From positions 1-42,451 of the forward strand of contig DAOWEV010000111.1 of the NCBI GenBank assembly GCA_030638325.1: a stretch of DNA of 42,451 bases, written 5' to 3'. Below, piece by piece: positions 37,287 through 42,451 of this stretch. This DNA comes from Bacteroidales bacterium. GTDB taxonomy: Bacteria; Bacteroidota; Bacteroidia; Bacteroidales; JAGOPY01. A model generated the notes under the pieces. It was given only the letters and a program-made list of their open reading frames with translations. It was not told where the DNA came from and ran no database searches. The position numbers were made by a program, and so were the translations under genes. The stretch's first letter is position 1. The number at the start of each line of letters is the position of its first letter.

Positions 37287-37322
37287 AACGGGAATCCTTA
37301 TTAGGCGTTCCCGTTTTTTTTT
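37287..37322 (+). terminator. Rho-independent terminator
   Basis: The stem is AACGGGAA (37287-37294) with TTCCCGTT (37308-37315), a 13-nt loop, and a run of 9 T through 37322. Confidence 0.7.
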
Positions 37323-37404
37323 AATATTGATCTTTGTTTGTGCCTCGCAGTCTTCCCGGATTTTTGTTTCTTTGCAAAAAGTTTTAAAGCCTAACAAACT
37401 ATCC

Positions 37405-39408
37405 ATGAGCGGAAAGAGAAAAGATAAAAGGAAAATCAAAGAAAGCAAAACAATTGACCCGAAAGTACTGAACCGCATATTCATTGCCGTCATTATCATT
37501 TTCACCTTCGCTTTATATGGCAATACGGTCAGGAATTATTATAGCTTAGATGATTATCACATTGCTAAGGAAAATCCCAATTTCAAGAATGGAATAAAAG
37601 CAATTCCTGAAATATTTACCTCCATGTACGCCACTGAAAGCGGTTTGAACTATGGATACAGGCCTTTAGTAAGATCCTCATTTGCAATTGAGTATGATAT
37701 TTTCGGGACCAATCCATATGTAAGCCATTTCATCAATATCCTGTTTTACCTGATCGGGGTATTATTGCTATACAAGGTCCTCAGAAGGCTGTTCAGGAAC
37801 CTTCACCTTTTCTTCCCTTTTATAGTATCTCTGCTTTTTTTGGCACATCCTATCCATACCGAAGTTGTTGCCAGTTTGAAAAACAGGGACGAATTGTTTG
37901 TGCTCATCTTTGCTCTGTGGGCGCTTGACTTATTCCTTAAATATGCTGATACAGAGAAATTAAAATATGCCGGCTGGGGCCTGTTATTGATCATCCTGGG
38001 ATTTTTATCCAAGCCCACTATAGCGGCATTTTTCCTTGTTATTCCTTTGTCACTGTACTTTTTTACAGACCTCAAACCCAAAAAGCTTATTTACCTCACC
38101 CTGGCCATAATGGGGATCGGTATAATTGCTGCTTTCGTACCGTTCCTTTACCTGCCAACGCTCGACAGGCCAATGCGTATGGCAGAAAACCCGATCTCTT
38201 TCGACGACTCATTCACACACCGTATCGCCTTTGGCGCTTACACTCTTTACTATTACCTGAGGTTGTTGGTCGTTCCGCATCCATTGCTATACTATTATGG
38301 TTATAACATGATTCCTGTGGTGGGCCTGGGCAATATCAAGGTGATCCTTTCAATATTGTTTCACCTCGGGATATTCATTTATGCACTTTATAGTTTCAAA
38401 AAGAAGCGTATCCTGTCATACGCCATTTTGTTCTACCTTGTTACCATTGCCATGTATACCAATATAGTGAAACCTGCGCCGGGGATTATCGGAGAACGTT
38501 TTATGCTCATTCCTTCTATCGGGTTCTGTATCGCCTTGGCTTTTGGTTTATATAAACTTTTCATGGAAACGCCTTATAAAATAAAGATCCCGGCTAAGAA
38601 AACGGCTTTTATTTTATTGGTAATGATTGTGATACTAATACCGTATTCAGCAAAGACAATTATCCGCAACACACAATGGCGGACTCAATACACCCTGTAC
38701 AATGCCGATATGCCATGGTTATATAATTCTGTCAGGGCAAATGATCTTTATGCGAATGAGATCATGAAAAGCGTGAAATGGGAACTGGCCAAACCTGTAA
38801 ATGTGCTGAAATTCATGGAACCCAGTATCCAGGAGGCCATCCATCACTGGGAGAGGTCTGTTGAGCTGTTGCCGTCTTATTATGCATCGTGGAACAGCCT
38901 GGGCGTGATACAATCAAGGATCTATAAGAATTACGATACTGCCTTGTATTATTTTAATAAAACCCTGGAATACAAACCCGACCGGCCGCAGACCCTTTTT
39001 AATATTGGCCAGGCCTACGAGGGCATGAGAAAGTATGATACTGCAATCATGTATTACGAAAAGAACCTTGAACTTGACCCCGATGCCATCAATACCAGGT
39101 CCAGGATAGCCAATATCTATTATAGTCTGGGCAGTTTTAAGAGGGCTGTAGAGTTGAATTATGAGATCATGAGGATCAATCCCGGGGAGTCTCTGCCCTA
39201 TATCAATCTAGGGAATTATCATATATTCCAGGGAGATACGGTCAATGCCGTCAGGTTTTATGAGGAAGGGGTGAAACTGGGGGCTCCTGCCGTGGCGAGC
39301 GATTTTTTAAGCAGGTACTATGCTGAAAAGGGCGATATCAGTAAGTCCGATTATTATAAAAATATTTCCAGGAAGAGACAGAAGGAAGGAAAATACCTCG
39401 TGCCATGA
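37405..39408 (+). CDS. TMTC-like GT-C membrane glycosyltransferase with C-terminal TPR domain
   Basis: The first loop carries the acidic motif YYSLDDYHIAKENP, followed by about 10 TM segments. The C-terminal ~200 aa are clear TPRs (e.g. FNIGQAYEGMRKYDTAIMYYEKNLELDP). I prefer the ATG at 37405, since the TTG at 37327 lies just after the terminator. Confidence 0.75.
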   Translation: MSGKRKDKRKIKESKTIDPKVLNRIFIAVIIIFTFALYGNTVRNYYSLDDYHIAKENPNFKNGIKAIPEIFTSMYATESGLNYGYRPLVRSSFAIEYDIFGTNPYVSHFINILFYLIGVLLLYKVLRRLFRNLHLFFPFIVSLLFLAHPIHTEVVASLKNRDELFVLIFALWALDLFLKYADTEKLKYAGWGLLLIILGFLSKPTIAAFFLVIPLSLYFFTDLKPKKLIYLTLAIMGIGIIAAFVPFLYLPTLDRPMRMAENPISFDDSFTHRIAFGAYTLYYYLRLLVVPHPLLYYYGYNMIPVVGLGNIKVILSILFHLGIFIYALYSFKKKRILSYAILFYLVTIAMYTNIVKPAPGIIGERFMLIPSIGFCIALAFGLYKLFMETPYKIKIPAKKTAFILLVMIVILIPYSAKTIIRNTQWRTQYTLYNADMPWLYNSVRANDLYANEIMKSVKWELAKPVNVLKFMEPSIQEAIHHWERSVELLPSYYASWNSLGVIQSRIYKNYDTALYYFNKTLEYKPDRPQTLFNIGQAYEGMRKYDTAIMYYEKNLELDPDAINTRSRIANIYYSLGSFKRAVELNYEIMRINPGESLPYINLGNYHIFQGDTVNAVRFYEEGVKLGAPAVASDFLSRYYAEKGDISKSDYYKNISRKRQKEGKYLVP

Positions 39409-40421
39409 TCAGCCGCATCAAAGCCATAAGCTATTACCTCCCCGGGGAAATTCTCACCAATGATGACCTGGCTTCCAGGTTTCCTGACCTGAAGATCGAT
39501 GATCTTACCAGGCTGACAGGTGTGTATGAGAGACATATTGCGGCGGAAGATGAAACCGCTGCCGATATGGCGGTTATGAGTGCAGAGAAACTTTTTGAAG
39601 AGCATGACATCCGGCCTGGAGATGTTGATTTTGTGCTTTTATGTACCCAGTGGAGCGATTACATAACCCCTTCCACAGCAGGTATTTTGCAGGACCGGCT
39701 GGAAATTCCGCAATCTGCAGGCGCCCTGGATATCAGCCAGGGATGTACCGGTTATATCTACGGCCTGAGCCTGGCAAAAGGACTTATCGAAAGTGGCTCG
39801 GCCAGGAATGTACTCCTGTTAACAGCAGAAACTATGACCAAATCCATTCATCCCGAAGATAAGAGCAATAGGGCGATCTTCGGTGATGGAGCAGCAGCAA
39901 CCTTAATCTCTGCGGAAGAAGATGAAGATGGCCCGGGCATCGGCGATTTTATTTTCGGTACTGATGGGAGTGCTTATGAAGAGATCATCATCCGTTACGG
40001 AGGGGCCAGGTATCCATTGTCGAAGTTTAAAGCAGAAGATTATAAAGATCCCTTTGGCAATATCAGGAACAATGCCAGTTTCTACATGAACGGTGCAGGC
40101 ATCTTCACCTTTTCCGTGAAGATCGTACCGCGTATCCTCCGGGAACTGTTTGAAAAATCCCGGTCAGCTTTTGAGGATATTGATTTTTTTGTTTTCCACC
40201 AGGCAAACCAGATCATCCTTGAGACCATACTGAAGAAAAACAGAATCCAGCCGGAGAAATCCATCATCTACCTTGAAAATGTAGGAAACACAGTTTCTTC
40301 CACCATCCCTATCGCGCTCTATCATGCCTTAAAAGAAGGAAAAGCTAAAGCAGGCGATAATGTTCTGCTGGCTGCATTTGGCGTCGGGCTTTCATGGGGC
40401 GGAACGATTGTTCGAATTTAA
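39405..40421 (+). CDS. 3-oxoacyl-ACP synthase III (KAS III / FabH-like) family protein
   Basis: The Cys-His-Asn triad motifs are ISQGCTGYIYGL, FVFHQAN and ENVGNTVSSTIP. The ATG overlaps the upstream TGA (ATGA). Confidence 0.85.
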   Translation: MISRIKAISYYLPGEILTNDDLASRFPDLKIDDLTRLTGVYERHIAAEDETAADMAVMSAEKLFEEHDIRPGDVDFVLLCTQWSDYITPSTAGILQDRLEIPQSAGALDISQGCTGYIYGLSLAKGLIESGSARNVLLLTAETMTKSIHPEDKSNRAIFGDGAAATLISAEEDEDGPGIGDFIFGTDGSAYEEIIIRYGGARYPLSKFKAEDYKDPFGNIRNNASFYMNGAGIFTFSVKIVPRILRELFEKSRSAFEDIDFFVFHQANQIILETILKKNRIQPEKSIIYLENVGNTVSSTIPIALYHALKEGKAKAGDNVLLAAFGVGLSWGGTIVRI

Positions 40422-40464
40422 AACTAAAGCTTGAAGATGATGCCGTGTCCCTACTAAAATCAAA

Positions 40465-41949
40465 ATGATGATCAGGATTACCTTCATATTAGTATTTTCA
40501 ATAATTTCATCAGGCATCTTTGCTGAATATGTATACAATGAAAGATGCCGGCAGGCTTTTGAAGACCTCTTCTCCCTGAAGATCCATACTGCGCGAAAGA
40601 TCCTCCATGAAGAGAAAAATCAAAACCCCGGTAATGTTTATGCACTATACCTGGAGAATTACTGCGATGTGATAGAGCTGATCGTTACAGAAGATGAATT
40701 GAAATACGAACGGTTTCGTGAGGATTTTTATGTAAGGCGTGACATCATGGATGAAGATGATGAGGATTCACCCTATCACCTGATGTTGAAATCAGAGATG
40801 TATTTTGCCCTGGGACTGGCATATATGAAATTTGGCAGCAAGCTGAAAGGAGCATCCAAAATTTATTATTCCTATCAGCTGATAAAGGAAAACCAGGAAA
40901 AATTCCCTGGTTTCTGGATGAATGATAAAATGGCCGGGGTATACAGCATGATCTTTGCCAATATCCCGCCAATCGTGAGATGGGCCGCGCGCATACTGGG
41001 ATTACGGGGCGATACGGATAAAGGATTCCGGCAGTTGAGAGATTACTATGAACGAGCAATAGAACTGCCCGGTTATGCGGAGGAAAGCATTCTTTTTATG
41101 AACTTCTCTTATAAGTTAAGATGGAAGGAAGAAGAAGGATTTCGTTTTCTTGCTGATCTTGACCCTGTATTTTATAATAGTGTCCTGATAACTTATTTTT
41201 ACGCTAATGACGCTTCTTTTTCCGCTGAAAACGACCTGGCTTTGGAGCTTCTTGAGAATATTGACAGAAATTCACTTGAGATTGAATTTTATTGGCTTGA
41301 CTACCTCACTGGCCGTTGTAAACTGAACCGCCTCGACAAGGATGCTGATATTTTCCTGAAAAAATACTTAGATAATTTTCCCGGTGAAGATTATAAAAAG
41401 GATGTCTGCAACCGCTTGTCCTGGTTTTACCTGGTACAGGGTGACAAGGCCGGGTTTCACAAGTACCGGAACATGGTTAAAGATGTGGGCGATGACCTCC
41501 GCGACCGTGACCAGGAAGCAATTCTGGAAAGCGAACTTCCTTATGAGCCCAATGAACAATTATTGAAAGCTCGTTTACTGTTCGATGGAGGTTATTATCA
41601 CCAGGCTGATTCAGCATTGATTCTTTTCCTTGTTTCATCCGTATTTAGGGTCTCTTATGCCCTCGAATATGATTACAGGAAAGGCAGAATATATCAAAAA
41701 CTAAGTAAATATGATCAGGCCATTAGTCACCTGCAAAGGACCATTGATAACGGTAAAGATGAACCCTATACTTTCGCTGTAAGGGCTGCTTTACAACTGG
41801 GCCTGATCTATGAAGAGCAGCACAATTATGAAAAGGCGGCAGAATATTTTAATCTCTGCATCGATCTCTACGATTCAGACCATACTGTTGCCGGTGTGGA
41901 AAACAAAGCGGAAAAAAGGCTTGAGAAGATGGAAGAGCGATTGAATTAG
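40465..41949 (+). CDS. Secreted TPR-like repeat protein, function unknown
   Basis: Has a signal peptide (MMIRITFILVFSIISSGIFA). The body is helical-repeat rich and the C-terminus has TPR-like motifs (LQLGLIYEEQHNYEKAAEYFNLCIDL). Confidence 0.6.
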   Translation: MMIRITFILVFSIISSGIFAEYVYNERCRQAFEDLFSLKIHTARKILHEEKNQNPGNVYALYLENYCDVIELIVTEDELKYERFREDFYVRRDIMDEDDEDSPYHLMLKSEMYFALGLAYMKFGSKLKGASKIYYSYQLIKENQEKFPGFWMNDKMAGVYSMIFANIPPIVRWAARILGLRGDTDKGFRQLRDYYERAIELPGYAEESILFMNFSYKLRWKEEEGFRFLADLDPVFYNSVLITYFYANDASFSAENDLALELLENIDRNSLEIEFYWLDYLTGRCKLNRLDKDADIFLKKYLDNFPGEDYKKDVCNRLSWFYLVQGDKAGFHKYRNMVKDVGDDLRDRDQEAILESELPYEPNEQLLKARLLFDGGYYHQADSALILFLVSSVFRVSYALEYDYRKGRIYQKLSKYDQAISHLQRTIDNGKDEPYTFAVRAALQLGLIYEEQHNYEKAAEYFNLCIDLYDSDHTVAGVENKAEKRLEKMEERLN

Positions 41950-42006
41950 ACGATTGTCAATTGCCTGCCCCGGCGAAGGCCGGGGTCAATTGTCGAATTT
42001 CGATGT
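41949..42006. repeat. Left arm of a long inverted repeat (28-nt perfect core)
   Basis: The core ATTGCCTGCCCCGGCGAAGGCCGGGGTC (41960-41987) itself contains the hairpin CCCCGGC-GAAG-GCCGGGG. The arm starts at the last base of the stop codon of the TPR gene. Confidence 0.9.
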
Positions 42007-42120
42007 AAAAAAATGAGCGTGGACAACTGGTAGCTATTTTTCATAAGACGGTAATGACAACCAAATCCCGCAAATAAATCGAACATCACATCCAAAATCG
42101 CAAACTAACAATCGAATATT

Positions 42121-42184
42121 ACATCGAAAATCGACCCCGGCCTTCGCCGGGGCAGGCAATGCCGAATTGACAATCGACAATTAA
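42121..42184. repeat. Right arm of the long inverted repeat
   Basis: GACCCCGGCCTTCGCCGGGGCAGGCAAT (42133-42160) is the exact reverse complement of 41960-41987. The flanks share CAATTG/CGATTG-type words. Confidence 0.9.
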
Positions 42185-42241
42185 AAAAGAGCTCAGCCGG
42201 GTATAATCCGGTCTTCCCGCAGATTAAACAAATAGATGGAA

Positions 42242-42342
42242 CGATTGCGCGATTGCCCGATTGCCCGATGTATAAGATTGAGCAAAGTGTTGCTGGCTTT
42301 CGGAAATCGAATATCGCGCAATCTCATACATCGCCCAATCTC
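42242..42342. repeat. Word dyad with 8-nt period (CGATTGCN words then their complement)
   Basis: Reads CGATTGCG CGATTGCC CGATTGCC CGATGTAT. 42259-42283 is complementary to 42318-42342 at 21/25 positions. GATTGCGCGAT (42243-42253) is perfectly complementary to 42312-42322. Confidence 0.75.
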
Positions 42343-42451
42343 TTAAGCCCCTGTTTCCCGCAATAGGACACCCATAAAGAAAAAGTCAATCTATAATTTA
42401 CAATTTTCGAGCACCAAAGGTGCGTAAATTAGTAGCCCCGAGAGTAGCTCG

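Noticed and set aside
42380-42451. Possible structured RNA or tRNA-like sequence at the right window edge (hairpin GCACC-AAA-GGTGC, GGGGCTAC on the minus strand)
   Set aside because: I could not fit a tRNA cloverleaf, or the tmRNA, RNase P or SRP signatures. It is also truncated by the window end.

Overview
This is a Bacteroidota-type chromosomal segment. The taxonomic call rests on T9SS C-terminal sorting domains, gldH, a frdCAB-type succinate dehydrogenase/fumarate reductase, a MurF-Alr fusion and TAnnTTTG -7 boxes upstream of many genes. I support 27 CDS and one pseudogene. I see no rRNA, tRNA, CRISPR array, transposase or recombinase gene.

Gene content, left to right:
- Two tandem C25 (gingipain-like) T9SS cargo proteases.
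- A PPP-family phosphatase.
- gpmI, convergent with a decayed gpmA.
- pdxA, murF-alr and a GT2 gene.
- A long minus-strand block: holB, ricT, gldH, PBP1A, then two GT-C-like membrane proteins, a 505-bp spacer, a third GT-C-like protein, a GtrB-like GT2, a flippase-like protein, a 553-aa unknown and an FrhB-like FeS protein.
- sdhCAB.
- Two M24B Xaa-Pro aminopeptidase paralogues.
- A small orphan gene.
- A TMTC-like GT-C/TPR gene, a KAS III-like gene and a TPR gene, probably one operon.

Items most worth a second look:
1. A 452-bp element bounded by perfect 25-bp inverted repeats fills the spacer upstream of a Gtr-like (polyprenyl-phosphate-sugar dependent) periplasmic glycosylation operon. It has a back-to-back internal copy of the repeat and carries the promoter-like boxes. 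It is a candidate invertible promoter (phase switch), or alternatively a MITE.
2. The glycosylation cluster is unusual: four GT-C-like proteins in the window, two Dpm1/GtrB-like GT2s, a UPF0104 flippase-like protein where GtrA would be expected, and two unexplained cytoplasmic proteins.
3. A set of intergenic elements is built from locus-specific 7-11 nt words repeated in tandem and then repeated as their reverse complement. One is a 14-unit heptamer array.
4. gpmA is a pseudogene with a TAA exactly at the catalytic His codon plus a homopolymer frameshift.
5. A perfect CRP-type palindrome sits in the sdhCAB/pepP divergent promoter region.

All functional calls are from motif recognition by eye. 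No database search was run.
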